A stretch of DNA of 64,000 nt from an uncultured Solirubrobacteraceae bacterium (GCA_963810735.1 CAWEOR010000003.1:295928-359927), one strand, 5' to 3'; shown: positions 1 to 10,702, counted from the first letter of the stretch. The notes: generated from the sequence alone by a model not told the origin. Numbers and translations: made by a program.

Positions 1-1329
1 CCCGGCGGAGCCGGCTACCGCGTCCGGGCGCAGCTCTTCTACAAACACTACGTGGCAACCCTCGACACGCCGGTGACGCTGCCCGCGCGCCCGCCCGACC
101 ATGTGAACGCGGCCGCGCCGCGCACGAGCTCCAGGGCGCCGGCGAGCAGGCGGGGCGCCGTCCGCGCGAGGGCCCGCACGAGCTTGCTGAGCGCCGACGT
201 GTCGGGAGCCGCGCTGATCCTGGTCGGTGCGCTCTTGGCGACGCTGCTGGCCGCCGCCGTGCGCAGACGCCGCCGCCGGCGCCTGCTGCCGCGCCAGGCC
301 ATGCTCAAGATGCTCGAACGCACCCTCGGGCGGGTCGACTTGGGCGATCGGCCGCTGAGCTTCATCCACGTGGCGGTGAGCTCGCCGAGTCGGTCCACCA
401 ACCGCCGTCTCGCTGCGATCCTCAGGCGCGGGCTGAGGCGCAACGACGTGGTCGGAGACCTGTGGAAACGGGGCCTGCTGATCATGCTCCCGAACACCAC
501 AGGCGCGGCGGCCGAAGACGTCTGGGTGAAGCTCAAAGGGCGGCTCGCCGACGCCTGCACGCTGCATCTCCTCGGCGCCATCGAGATCCACGAGGGGGCA
601 TGCGAACAGGACCTCGGCCCGCTTGTGCACTGGCTCAGGGTCCGCGGACTCGGCGTGCTCGGCCGCGGTCGAGGGCTGGGTCGGCCAGGCCACGCCGTGG
701 ACCCTCGGCCCGCCGCCCCGCACGTCGCGGCGCCCCGATCCGGCTGGACGGCGCGGCTGGAGGAGCTCTTGGGCGCGTCCCTCGCCGACATTGGCAGCGA
801 GCAGGTGGAGGGTCTCGCCCATGCTGGCGTCAGCGCGGATGCCGACCTGCAGTTCAGGGCAGCGCTCTATCGCGACAGCGACGACGGCGCACGCGAGTTG
901 TGCAGCGACATCGCGGCCATGCGCAACGACCGCGGCGGGGTGATCGTGCTCGGCGTCGCCGACCTGGACGGCGTTGCCGTCGCCTGCCCCGAGGTTGCGT
1001 TGAACGACCATGAGGAGCAGCGCATGCAGCGGCTGGTCGCCGCCGGCACCTCGCCGCCGGCCTGGTTCCACGTGCGTGCCGTTGGCGGCAGCTCCCCCGG
1101 CAAGGGCTTCTACCTGCTGATCGCCGAGCCCAGCCCACTGCGCCCCCACGCGGTCCTGCACGATTCCGGACTGCTCTACCCGCGGCGCGACGGAGGGCAG
1201 ACGCGCTACCTCGGCGAGGTCGAGGTGGCCGATCTCTACCGTGATCGCTTCAGGGGCGAGCTGGAACAGATCGAGCGGCTCCGGGCGATCACGTCCGATC
1301 TGCTCGAGCCGATCGCGCCGGGCGGCTGA
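1..1329 (+). CDS. 5'-truncated membrane protein: extracellular segment, Pro/Ala linker, TM, degenerate GGDEF-like domain, Schlafen/AlbA_2 domain
   Basis: The frame is open from base 1 (PGGAGYRVRAQLFYKHYVATLD...). TM AALILVGALLATLLAAAV is followed by R7. GGDEF-like pattern LERTL..RPLSFIHV..LRRNDVVG..LLIMLPNT; AlbA_2 pattern ELCSDIAAMRNDRGGVIVLGV and YPRRDGGQTRYL. Confidence 0.7.
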   Translation, partial: PGGAGYRVRAQLFYKHYVATLDTPVTLPARPPDHVNAAAPRTSSRAPASRRGAVRARARTSLLSADVSGAALILVGALLATLLAAAVRRRRRRRLLPRQAMLKMLERTLGRVDLGDRPLSFIHVAVSSPSRSTNRRLAAILRRGLRRNDVVGDLWKRGLLIMLPNTTGAAAEDVWVKLKGRLADACTLHLLGAIEIHEGACEQDLGPLVHWLRVRGLGVLGRGRGLGRPGHAVDPRPAAPHVAAPRSGWTARLEELLGASLADIGSEQVEGLAHAGVSADADLQFRAALYRDSDDGARELCSDIAAMRNDRGGVIVLGVADLDGVAVACPEVALNDHEEQRMQRLVAAGTSPPAWFHVRAVGGSSPGKGFYLLIAEPSPLRPHAVLHDSGLLYPRRDGGQTRYLGEVEVADLYRDRFRGELEQIERLRAITSDLLEPIAPGG

Positions 1330-1416
1330 GCGAACGCCGGACCCTGAGCCTGGATCCTCACGCGCCCGCGAGCCCGGATGGCGCGGCCTTCCGCACGGGC
1401 TGCTACTGATCTACGC

Positions 1417-2229
1417 ATGGGCTCACAGCTCGACGTGGACACCGCCGGCCGGGCGCGGCGCGCGGGCGCCTTCGCCCAGGTGGCCAGCGAGTACGAGCGC
1501 GGACGTCCGGGCTATCCGCGTGAGGCGATCGCATGGCTGCTCGGGACGCAGCCGCTCGACGTGCTCGACCTCGGTGCGGGCACCGGCAAGCTGACCGCTG
1601 CGCTGCTCGACGCCGGCCACCGCGTGATCGCCGTCGAGCCGCTGGCACAGATGCGCACGATCCTCGCCGACACGTTGCCCGCCGCTCATGCGCTCGCGGG
1701 CTCGGCGGAGCGGCTCCCGCTCGCGGACCACAGCGTGGACGCAGTGGCCGTGGGTGCCGCCTTTCACTGGTTTGACCGCCGCGCAGCGCTCGCCGAGATC
1801 AGGCGGGTCCTGCGCGCCCCGGGGGTGCTCGGGCTGCTCGGCAACGCCTTTGACACGACGCTCCCGTGGGTCGCCCGCGTGCGCGAGATCCTCGGTCCGC
1901 CCGCACTCGAGCGCCCCGGACACTGGCCCTCGGGCGAAGAGCTCGGCCAGGAGTTCGAGGACGTCGAGGATCGCAGCTTCCCGCACGAGCAGCTCCTCGA
2001 CCCAGCGCGCCTGCGCGACCTGGCGCGCTCCAGGAGCGCCGTCGCGCTGATGGCGGCGTCCGAGCGCGAGCGCCTGCTCGCAGACCTCGACCGTCTTTGG
2101 CACGAGGAGCCGGCGCTGCTCGGCCACGCCGAGGTGCTGATGCCCTGGCGTGCGCACGTGCGACGCTGTGTGCGCCTGCGTGCAAGCTCCCCCGCCGATG
2201 GCTCACACCAGACGCGATCGACCTCGTGA
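1417..2229 (+). CDS. Class I SAM-dependent methyltransferase
   Basis: YERGRPGYP and VLDLGAGTGKLT motif I; AFHWFD. Confidence 0.9.
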   Translation: MGSQLDVDTAGRARRAGAFAQVASEYERGRPGYPREAIAWLLGTQPLDVLDLGAGTGKLTAALLDAGHRVIAVEPLAQMRTILADTLPAAHALAGSAERLPLADHSVDAVAVGAAFHWFDRRAALAEIRRVLRAPGVLGLLGNAFDTTLPWVARVREILGPPALERPGHWPSGEELGQEFEDVEDRSFPHEQLLDPARLRDLARSRSAVALMAASERERLLADLDRLWHEEPALLGHAEVLMPWRAHVRRCVRLRASSPADGSHQTRSTS

Positions 2230-3083
2230 TGCCCATCCACCTGTCTGCCGCCTTCATCCCGAGCCCGTCCCGCAACGGCTTTTACGTGGGACCCCTGTTC
2301 CTCCACGCCTACGGCATCGCATATGTGTTCGCGGTGATGGCCGCGGTGGCGATCACCGCGCGCCGCTGGGAGGCCCAGGGCGGCGATCGCCAGCTCGTGT
2401 ATGACGTGGCGCTGTGGGGCTTTCCCGCCGGCGTGATCGGGGGGCGCCTGTACTTCCTGGCCACGAGCTGGAACGAAGTCCCGCCTCACTGGTGGGGGCC
2501 GTTCGCGATCTGGAAGGGGGGACTGGGGATCTGGGGCGGTATCGCGCTGGGGACGCTCGTCGGCATCATGGTGCTCCGCCGTCGCGGCGCCGACGTGGCG
2601 CTGTTCATGGATGCGGCCGCCCCGGCGCTGCTGGTCGCCCAGGCGATCGGCCGCATCGGCAACTACTTCAACCAGGAGCTGTTCGGCCTGCCCAGCAAAC
2701 TGCCGTGGGCGCTGGAAATCTCGCAGGCGCACCGGCCCGCGGCCTACGCCCACTACGCCACCTTCCAGCCGACGTTCCTGTACGAGCTGATCTGGAACCT
2801 GGCGCTCGCGGCGGCGCTCGTGTGGCTCGGCCGGCACCGCGCGATCAAGCCCCCGGGCCTGTTCGCCCTGTACGTCGCGGGCTACTCGTTCGCGCGCATC
2901 GGCGAGGAGCTCGTGCGCGTCGACCCCGCACACCACATCCTCGGGCTGCGGCTGAACCTGTACGTCGCGGTCATCCTGTGCCTCGCTGGACTGGCGTGGT
3001 TCGTGCGCACGCAGCGTCCGGACGCGCGCACGGCCAGCCAGCCGCAGGAGGCTCAGCCGCCGCCTATGGTTCGTTCCCAGTGA
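2229..3083 (+). CDS. lgt: Prolipoprotein diacylglyceryl transferase
   Basis: GGRLY, IWKGGLGIWGG, AQAIGRIGNYFNQELFG, QPTFLYE; TGATG overlap with the upstream gene. Confidence 0.95.
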   Translation: MPIHLSAAFIPSPSRNGFYVGPLFLHAYGIAYVFAVMAAVAITARRWEAQGGDRQLVYDVALWGFPAGVIGGRLYFLATSWNEVPPHWWGPFAIWKGGLGIWGGIALGTLVGIMVLRRRGADVALFMDAAAPALLVAQAIGRIGNYFNQELFGLPSKLPWALEISQAHRPAAYAHYATFQPTFLYELIWNLALAAALVWLGRHRAIKPPGLFALYVAGYSFARIGEELVRVDPAHHILGLRLNLYVAVILCLAGLAWFVRTQRPDARTASQPQEAQPPPMVRSQ

Positions 3084-5587
3084 ATTCGATCACCTGCTGG
3101 AAGGTCGAGCGGTTGGTCCAGCTCATTGTGAATCCGTACAGCGCGGCGACCGGCGGGAATTCGATCCGCACTTCCGGCGCGTGCCAGGCGGACGGGTTGG
3201 ACCCCTGGGAGGCTTCCAGTCCTTCGGCCGCTTTCTGGATCGCGGCCCACAGCGAGGCCCGGCAGGCCGTGAGGTTGCCGCCGCCGCAGTACTCGCGGCT
3301 GTAGGCGCCCTGCACAGGCAGTCCGAGCTCGGTGCGCAGGTCCTTGTACACGTAGCTGTACCAGCCGTTGTCGAACGACGAGCCGCCCGAGTTCGGGGGG
3401 ATTGTCGGTCCCCGCGATCGACTCGAATTCCGGCATCAGTTCGCCGAGCACCGGACCGAGCACGGCTTCGGCGAGCGGCGTCCAGGCGGCGTCCATGACG
3501 GCGGCCGCCGGGGCTTCGGGACGGTTTTCGCCGTACAGGCTGGCGCCTTCTTCCACCCATTTGTCGACCAGGCCGGCCGCCTGTTCGGCGAGTTTGCTCG
3601 GCGCCGGGCCGCCCGCGAGCACCTGCTCGATCGTCGGCCAGACCTTCACCGCGCGCAGGTCCTGGGTCGCGGCCCTGTTCATGATCGAGACCTGCTTGGC
3701 CTCGTTCAGGCCCTTCTTGAAGCCCGTGAACAGCTGCACGCGCTGGATCGGGCCGTAGGAGAAGTTGTCCGACGCCGCACCCCATTCAGGCGCCGGCTTG
3801 TTGTTCCAGCTGGTGAACACGTGGCTTGCCGGGTCCACTTCATGGGGATGCTGTTCGAGCGTGAGGAACCCCTGCCAGTTGTATTCGCCGTTGCCCAGCG
3901 TCGGCAGGCTCGGATCGGTTCCCGGAGCGAGCACCGGCAGACGCCCGGTCGAGAAGTAGGCGATGTGTTCGCTGTTGATGTAGGCCATGTTGAACGTCGT
4001 CTCGAGCTTGTTGGCCGCTTCGAAGAACTCTTCGGGATTGTGCACGCGCTCGGAGTCGAAATCGCTGAAGGCGAGCTCGCCCGCGGGCTCGCGGCCGCGG
4101 GTCGTGCGGTCGGTGGCCACCGCGTAGGGCTCGCCTTTGACCATCACCGTGCCGCCGACCGGCCCGTACACGCTTTCTTTGAAGAACACCTCGTGTTCGG
4201 GTTCTGAGTTGCCGGCCCCGATGAGCCCCGCGTCGAACGTGGTCATCGGGATGCATTCGCCTTTGTATTCGTAGTCTTCGGATTCCCGCGTCGGCGGGCT
4301 GTGGTCGGGGTTGCACAGCTTCAGCAGGAACTGCTGGACGTTCTCGCTGTCCGCGCTCGTCAGGCTCCAGGCGAAGCCGCTGCCCCGGCCGATGAACACG
4401 TACGGCGAGATCGGTGCGACGATCCCCTCTGCTTCGATGCCCGGCCCGGAGAGCTGGGCCTGCATGACGATCTCCGGGTAGTAGTAGCCGAGCTGGGGAC
4501 CCATCACGGCGATCGGATGTTTGCCCTTCGTGATCGCCGCAGCCGACAGCAGGAAGTTTGAGGCCTTGCGCCGCGACGCGCGGGTCGCCGCGAGGGCTTT
4601 ATCGACGGATGGGCTGAGCGATTCGGGTTCGACCACCATCGCGCCGGGTGTCGGCCCGGTGGGCACCCCATCGTAGGGGAACGGCTTGCTCGCGGTGGTC
4701 GGCGCTTCGGGGTCGTTGATCTCCCGCAGGTCGCGGAAGATCTTGAGCCCTTCGCCTTCGCCGTACTTGGCCTGCAGGCGGGCCAGGAAGTTCGAGTTGG
4801 CGACTTCGCCGCCGCCGCCGTTGCCGAAGATCGAGCCGATGAAAGCAAAGCCGGCGATCGCGTCAGCGAGCCCGACTTTCGGCAGGCGCTGGGATTCGGG
4901 CAGCGTCTGCTCGTAGCCGTTGATCCCTTCCGCCCATTCTTCGAGGTCTTCGATCACCTGTTCGCCTTCGGGCCCAGCTTCGTCAAGCACTTTTTTCTGT
5001 TCTTCGACCCACGTGACGGCCTGCGGGCTCGGCGTGAACGAGCGCCCTTCGAGCAGCAGCCCGAAGGGGTTGATGCCCGGGACGCCCAGTGCGGCCGTGA
5101 ACGCCGGCCCGAGACCGAGCTTCAGCAGCAGGCCGCGGTCCTGGGCGGCCACCCAGCCGGAGCCGTACATGACGTCGCCGCGGGTGGCGCCGAAGATGTG
5201 CGGGATGTCGTGGCTGTCGCGCCAGATTTCAACGCCGGCGCGGCCCGTGAACTCCTCCGTGTCGCCCGCCTGATGGGGTTCGTGGAACTTCTCGGAGACG
5301 TAGTCGTGTTCGAGCGAGCGGGTGCTGACGTGCCCCTGGAGACGCGTGAGCTTGTTGTAGAGAATGCCCTGGTCGGTCGAGAACGGGCCCTTCGGGAAGC
5401 CGCCTTCCTGGCCCGGTGCCAGGATCTGGTAAGCGCCGCCCGACAGGTCTGTGACCGTCGCGCCCGCCGGCGCCGCGGCCAGGACAGCCGTCGCGCACGA
5501 GATCAAGCAGACCGCGCCGAGTCGCCGCAGTGCGACGATCACCGTCCTCGGAACGATCCTCCGCCGAGCCGTCTGATGCCGCGTCAT
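3064..5587 (-). CDS. Secreted penicillin acylase family (Ntn) hydrolase; one frameshift near 3390
   Basis: Signal peptide, RDSHDIPHIFG, GWVAAQDR, beta-chain nucleophile in ASNFLL..GPQLGY, SWNNKPA. The C-terminus (WTNRSTFQQVIEF) is in the 3064..3351 frame. SD AGGAGG precedes the ATG. Confidence 0.85.
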
Positions 5588-5730
5588 CGCCGCCTCCTAG
5601 CCGCCCCCGGCCCCATCCAGAGCCCCGGCGAGCAATAGCTTCCACCCTCGGGCCGATCGTACCACCGATTGTCAACCCCTGGCTGGCTGGCCAGTAAGGG
5701 GTCGGACCGACCACTCTCTGCGCGCCGAAG

Positions 5731-6669
5731 TCAGCCGGGTCGTTGCAGGTCACGTAGGAAGTAGGCGATCGCGCGGTTGAGCAGCTCGGCCCGCTCCCAT
5801 TGCAGGAAATGGCCGGCGCGCTGGACCACGAACGGCCCGATCAGCTCGCTGAAGGCGACTTCGCACATCTGCGGGAACTGGCGGTAGATCACATGGTCCT
5901 CGGCTCCGTAGAGCGCGAGCGTCGGCACGTCGCTGAGCTCGAAGAAGCGCGGCGTCTCCGAGAGCGCGCGCGTGCCCAGCGCGCTCTCGTAGTTGCCGAA
6001 GCCGGCGCGCAGCCGCTGCGCGTCTGCGAACGGCTCGGTCATGAACTCCACCTGCTCGCGCGAGAACCCTCCGGGCGCGGCCCAGAAGCGATGGCCGTAG
6101 AACTCGCCCACGTAGCGACGGCGACGCTCGGCGGAGTCCAGCTCGGCGGCAAGCCCATCCGCATCGCGTCCCTGCCGCAGGAAGTAGTCGCCCGCCATGC
6201 GCAGCTCCCGCGAGGGCTCCGTGTCGATGCCCGCCGCCGCATACGCCTCGCCGAGCAGCGGCAGCACACTGTTGAACAGCACCTGGCGCTCGAGGAATCC
6301 CTCAAAGCGCAGCGCCAGATCCTGGATCACGCCGCCGCCGAGGTCGCCGCCGGCGGCGCAGCAGCGCTCGTGACCGAGCACGTCACGGACGAGCGCGTGC
6401 ATGTCGCGGGCGTGCGCGGCGAGGTCGTAGAAGCCATCTGGTGCCAGGCCCGAGTCGCCGAAGCCGCGAAGGTCGGGCGCGATCACCTCGAAGCCGGCGC
6501 GCGCGAGCGGCTCGATGTTGCGCCACCAGATGCGTCTGGTCTCCGGCCAGCCGTGGACGAGCAGCAGCGGATAGCCGCCATGGCCTGCGCGCGCATAGGC
6601 GAGGTGCACGCCTGCGCGGACCTCGGCGTGCTCGACGGGGAAGGCGTCGGCGCGCGGCACCTCGTGCAC
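5731..6669 (-). CDS. Alpha/beta hydrolase (epoxide hydrolase/haloacetate dehalogenase-like)
   Basis: LLVHGWPE, APDLRGFGDS, GGDLGG nucleophile elbow, AGHFLQWE. Start placed at the GTG 7 nt after TATCGT. Confidence 0.88.
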   Translation of the reverse strand: MHEVPRADAFPVEHAEVRAGVHLAYARAGHGGYPLLLVHGWPETRRIWWRNIEPLARAGFEVIAPDLRGFGDSGLAPDGFYDLAAHARDMHALVRDVLGHERCCAAGGDLGGGVIQDLALRFEGFLERQVLFNSVLPLLGEAYAAAGIDTEPSRELRMAGDYFLRQGRDADGLAAELDSAERRRRYVGEFYGHRFWAAPGGFSREQVEFMTEPFADAQRLRAGFGNYESALGTRALSETPRFFELSDVPTLALYGAEDHVIYRQFPQMCEVAFSELIGPFVVQRAGHFLQWERAELLNRAIAYFLRDLQRPG

Positions 6670-6704
6670 GCCCGCCACGATACACGCGCTCGCGCGCGCG
6701 GCGG

Positions 6705-7109
6705 CTACAGCTCCAAGAAGCGCAGCACCACGCGGCCAAGCACGATCACGTCGCCACTCTGCAGGTCGGCCTGCTGGACGCGCCGGCCGTTGACGTACGT
6801 GCCGTTGGCGCTGCGGTCATCGAGGATGCGAGCGCCCGACGGGCGCGGTACGAGGATGGCGTGGCGGCGGGAGACCGAGCTGTCGTCGAAGCGCAGCTCG
6901 GCGGCGATCCCGCGTCCGAGGTGCATGACGTGGCTTCCGAGCGGGATCAGCAGCGCCTGTTCGGGTCCTTGGACCTCGATGTAGCGGCCGGCCTCCACGG
7001 GCTGGGCTGGCAGCGCCTGATGACGCACGCGCTCGGCCAGGCAGGCGGTCGGGTCGAACCGCTCGGTGATCTCCTCGGTGGCAGTGGCGATCGGTGTCTG
7101 TGTACCCAT
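6705..7109 (-). CDS. FHA domain protein
   Basis: LGRG, DSSVSRRHA, SANGTYVNG, LQSGDVIVLG. Confidence 0.92.
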   Translation of the reverse strand: MGTQTPIATATEEITERFDPTACLAERVRHQALPAQPVEAGRYIEVQGPEQALLIPLGSHVMHLGRGIAAELRFDDSSVSRRHAILVPRPSGARILDDRSANGTYVNGRRVQQADLQSGDVIVLGRVVLRFLEL

Positions 7110-7232
7110 AGCTGCAGCCAACAGTAGGCTACTCACGCCAAGCTCAAGTCCTGTTAAGAAAAGTAGAAGTAAAGACGCGTAGCGTCTGCGGCGAGCGCTG
7201 GAGGCTCGCGCGGGAGGCCCGCGCGAGCGACA

Positions 7233-7385
7233 TCAGCCCTCGATGCGGTGCATGCCGGCACGGGTCGCGGCCTTGCGACGCGTCATGCGCTTGGAGCTGT
7301 ACCAGCCCCAGCCGCCGACCGCCACGACGGGAACGACGTACATCATCGAGATGTACCAGTGCATCAGGCACGCCAGCGGCAACAT
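7233..7385 (-). CDS. Small single-TM membrane protein (50 aa)
   Basis: MLPLACLMHWYISMMYVVPVVAVGGWGWY plus a basic tail; TAGATT -10 lies 8 nt upstream. Confidence 0.6.
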   Translation of the reverse strand: MLPLACLMHWYISMMYVVPVVAVGGWGWYSSKRMTRRKAATRAGMHRIEG

Positions 7386-7407
7386 CGCGACAAAATCTAG
7401 CACGCGC

Positions 7408-8187
7408 TCACCACGCCTCGCCTGCCGCGCCGTCTCCCGCGGGGGCCCCATCCACACCCGGTGTGCCGCCGCCCATCGCCCCCGCGCGCCGGCGGCGCAC
7501 GAACACCACGAACAGCACCCCCGCGAGGGCGATCACGACACCGAGGATGATCACCCCCAGCGGCGCCTTGGAGTCCTCGGGCGTCCAGAAGAGTTCCCCG
7601 TCGATCGCACCCCTCGTGGCCCCCACGCTGATCGGCACCTTCCAGTCGAAGATCCACGTCCGCTTGGTCGTGTTCTTGACCTTGCTTGGCGGCACCGGCG
7701 ACATCCAGTGGATGCGGTGATCGTGCCATTCGAACTCGCCCGTGCGGTCGACCACTTCCCACTGCGGGGGAGCGCTCGAGCTGGCGCTCGACGGGACGGT
7801 GACGTTGGCGTAGAAGTTCGTGTTCAGGTACGTGGCGGGCGCGCGCGTGTTCTGCTCGGCGGTCCCGTTGGCGAGCACGCGGGCGTAGGGTTCGCCTTCG
7901 TAGCCGTAGATCGTGACCGTCTTGCCCGTGTGGTTGCGAAGCAGCAGCCGGTCGGCGAACTCCAGCACTTCCACGCTCAGGCCGGGAGGGCTGGGCGTGA
8001 CCTGGGTGATGTTCGAGCGGTAGTCATAGCTCGAGCCCTGATCGTTGATCGGGTTGCCCGTCTCCTGCTCGCCTGCCCTGCTCGGGACGTATGCGCCACC
8101 CATCGCACCTGCCGCACCCGCACCCGCGAGCACCGCGACGGCGATCGAGCAGGCGCTGAGCGCGACGAGGACCGGGCGAGGGGTCAT
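7408..8187 (-). CDS. Secreted, C-terminally anchored protein with WHDHRIHWM motif (possible metal-binding)
   Basis: Signal peptide, beta-rich ectodomain, TM followed by RRRR. Confidence 0.8.
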   Translation of the reverse strand: MTPRPVLVALSACSIAVAVLAGAGAAGAMGGAYVPSRAGEQETGNPINDQGSSYDYRSNITQVTPSPPGLSVEVLEFADRLLLRNHTGKTVTIYGYEGEPYARVLANGTAEQNTRAPATYLNTNFYANVTVPSSASSSAPPQWEVVDRTGEFEWHDHRIHWMSPVPPSKVKNTTKRTWIFDWKVPISVGATRGAIDGELFWTPEDSKAPLGVIILGVVIALAGVLFVVFVRRRRAGAMGGGTPGVDGAPAGDGAAGEAW

Positions 8188-8244
8188 GGCTTCACCGAAC
8201 CGTAGCGGGACGTGGGCGCTGGTGGCGCAGTGCGTCGCCGGCGC

Positions 8245-9675
8245 TCACGTGCCAACCGCCGATAGCAGCCACAGGCCGAAGCTCGTAAACGCCACCATCA
8301 CCGCGAGCATCCAGTACTGGCTGCGCACGGCCTCTTCGGGGTCCTTGTAGAGCACGAGCGCGCGGTCGTGGGCGAGCGCCAGCCCCCCGACGTGACCGCT
8401 GAGCAGCGCGGCGACCTGCACATACCAGATGGCCGCGTAGGAGATGATGTGGTAGTCGATGTGAAAGCCGCTGGTGCCGAATATGTTGGCGCCGTTGCCG
8501 AGCGGGTCGGATGCCAGGTAGACGATCGCCTGGCTCTGCCACAGAAGCAGCGAGAAGTAGTGCGCGAGCACGTAGGCGAACGCGATCGGCACGAGCGTGT
8601 GCACGAAAGTGCGCGTCAGCGTGTGCGTGTCGTAGCGGGCGCTCACTTTGTGCACGCCGAGGATCCCCACGCGGTAGACGGCGACGATCACGAGGATGCA
8701 GAGCACGAGGCCCAGTGAGTACGCGAGCTCTTGTGCGGGCGTGGGGTTGAAGCCGAGGCCTTCGAACACGCTCTGCAGGCTCGGCTCGTTGTTGCGCCAG
8801 ATGCCGCCGTTGCTGAAGCCGTCGAACGTGGTCGTGCCGATCGCCGTGCAGATCAACACGACCGAGCCGCTGCGAAGCTGTAGATCGGTGACGCCGCTGA
8901 GCGGCCGGCGCAGGTAGAGGACGCCGTCCTGCCCCCGGACCAGCGCGGAGAGCTTCGAGAACAGGTTGAACAGCACCCCGAACCCGTCCGCCTGGCTGCT
9001 CCACTCCTCGATGCCGAACAGCGCCATCCCTCCGAGCATCACTAGGAAGTAGCCCAGCGACAGCGCCGCCAGCGTCGCGGGATGGTCTTTTTCCACATAA
9101 ACCAGCTCGAGCCACGCGAAGCCCACGATCGCGGCGATCGCCGGCCACACCCCGAGCCACTCCGGATAGGCAAGCGGCGCTCGAGCCGGGCGCCCGCGGC
9201 GCAGCGCGCGCGCGATTGTCGCGAGCGCGCGCGCACACGTCCGCCAGGGGCTCAGCGCGCGGAACGCATCGCCGACGAGCACGCTCGCGACCGCCAGGCC
9301 GACCCAGAAGATGACGTAGATGAACGTCACCGAGAAGTTCGCCTGCGTGACCTGCGCGCCCGCGAAGCCGCTGTAGACGACCAGCGCGAACACGCACACG
9401 CCGAGCAGGCCCGCGAGCCGTTCCACCGCGGGCGCCAGCGCGAACAGCCTGCGCCGGTGCTGGCGCTGCAACTGCGGCCGCGTCCACATTGTCGACAACG
9501 CCACGAATGAAACGACCAGGACGATCGCGGCTGCCCAACTGAACAGCCAAACGGGGATCGGCAGATCGGCCTTGCCGACAATCCCGTGCGCCTGCGCGCT
9601 CGCGGGCAGCGAGAGCGCCAGCAACCCGAGCCCGGCGAGCAGCCGAGCGACCAGACGACGGGGCTGGGCTCTCAT
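8245..9675 (-). CDS. Polytopic membrane protein ('fenitrothion hydrolase'-annotated-like family), predicted mature N-terminal His
   Basis: ASAQA|HGIVGKADLPIP; multiple TMs; LVPIAFAYVLAHY, SDPLG, GHVGGLALAHDRA, SQYWML. Confidence 0.75.
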   Translation of the reverse strand: MRAQPRRLVARLLAGLGLLALSLPASAQAHGIVGKADLPIPVWLFSWAAAIVLVVSFVALSTMWTRPQLQRQHRRRLFALAPAVERLAGLLGVCVFALVVYSGFAGAQVTQANFSVTFIYVIFWVGLAVASVLVGDAFRALSPWRTCARALATIARALRRGRPARAPLAYPEWLGVWPAIAAIVGFAWLELVYVEKDHPATLAALSLGYFLVMLGGMALFGIEEWSSQADGFGVLFNLFSKLSALVRGQDGVLYLRRPLSGVTDLQLRSGSVVLICTAIGTTTFDGFSNGGIWRNNEPSLQSVFEGLGFNPTPAQELAYSLGLVLCILVIVAVYRVGILGVHKVSARYDTHTLTRTFVHTLVPIAFAYVLAHYFSLLLWQSQAIVYLASDPLGNGANIFGTSGFHIDYHIISYAAIWYVQVAALLSGHVGGLALAHDRALVLYKDPEEAVRSQYWMLAVMVAFTSFGLWLLSAVGT

Positions 9676-9747
9676 GGCCGCTGGAGTCTAGGGACCGCCC
9701 GCTCGCTGCTTCGCCGATGGCGCCGCGCTGACGTACCCTGCTAGTGC

Positions 9748-10698
9748 ATGCTGAGCACCCCGCTCGCCGTCTCCAGCGACATCTCCGCCGCGTTCCAGCT
9801 GGGCCCGCTGGCCCTGCTCGGGATGCTCTACGCGCGCCGCGCGCGCACGCTCGCCGAACACGACCATCCGGTCCCCGGCTGGCGCCAGGCGTGCTTCTAT
9901 GGCGGCTTCGTCGTGATCGCCGTGGCGCTCACCTCGCTGGGCGCCATCAGCCAGGACCTCCTGTGGGCGCACATGATCGAGCACCTGCTGCTCGGGGACA
10001 TCGCCGCGCTGCTGATCGTGCTCGGGCTCACGGGCCCGATGCTCGCGCCGGTGCTGCGCATCGGCTTCTTCGACCGCCTGCGGGTGCTCTCTCACCCATT
10101 GATCGCGTTTCCCCTGTGGGCGATCAGCCTGTACGCGTGGCACCTGCCGGTGCTCTACGAAGCGGCGCTCCGTCACCCGGGCGTGCACGCCCTCCAGCAC
10201 GCGTGCTTCCTCGGCTTCGGCATCAACATGTGGATGTGCCTGCTCGGGCCGCTGCCCACGCCCAGCTGGTTCGGCAACCTCGCCAAGCTCATCTACATCG
10301 TGGCCGTGCGCCTGGCCGGCACCATCCTCGGCAACGTCTTCCTGTGGTCGGGCACGGTGTTCTACCCCTACTACATAGGCCGCGAGGCGCGCTTTCACAT
10401 CTCGGCGCTCACGGATCAGCGAGTCGCGGGGGCGATCATGATGGTCGAGGAGTCGATCCTCACGCTCGGGCTGTTCTGCTGGCTGTTCCTGCGCGCGGCC
10501 CGCGAGAGCGAGGAACGCCAGCAGCTCCTGGAGTACGCGAGCGCGCGCGGGCTGGAGCTCAGCGAGGAGCGCGCCACACGCGCCGTCTCGGCCGGTCGCG
10601 CCGGAGAGCTGCGCCAGCGCTTGGAGGGACAGGTCGTGGACACGAGCACGGCCTGCGAGAATGCCTCTGCCACCCCAGCTGTCTCCGAGCGGAGTTGA
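9748..10698 (+). CDS. ctaG: Cytochrome c oxidase assembly factor, Caa3_CtaG family
   Basis: [37 protein letters not shown]. Confidence 0.88.
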   Translation: MLSTPLAVSSDISAAFQLGPLALLGMLYARRARTLAEHDHPVPGWRQACFYGGFVVIAVALTSLGAISQDLLWAHMIEHLLLGDIAALLIVLGLTGPMLAPVLRIGFFDRLRVLSHPLIAFPLWAISLYAWHLPVLYEAALRHPGVHALQHACFLGFGINMWMCLLGPLPTPSWFGNLAKLIYIVAVRLAGTILGNVFLWSGTVFYPYYIGREARFHISALTDQRVAGAIMMVEESILTLGLFCWLFLRAARESEERQQLLEYASARGLELSEERATRAVSAGRAGELRQRLEGQVVDTSTACENASATPAVSERS

Positions 10699-10702
10699 GC
10701 AC

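Noticed and set aside
7140-7180. AT-rich patch upstream of the FHA gene
   Set aside because: It is probably promoter DNA, but no motif with convincing spacing could be assigned.
9676-9747. CsoR/CueR operator in the divergent copper promoter
   Set aside because: No convincing palindrome was seen, only two back-to-back -10 elements.
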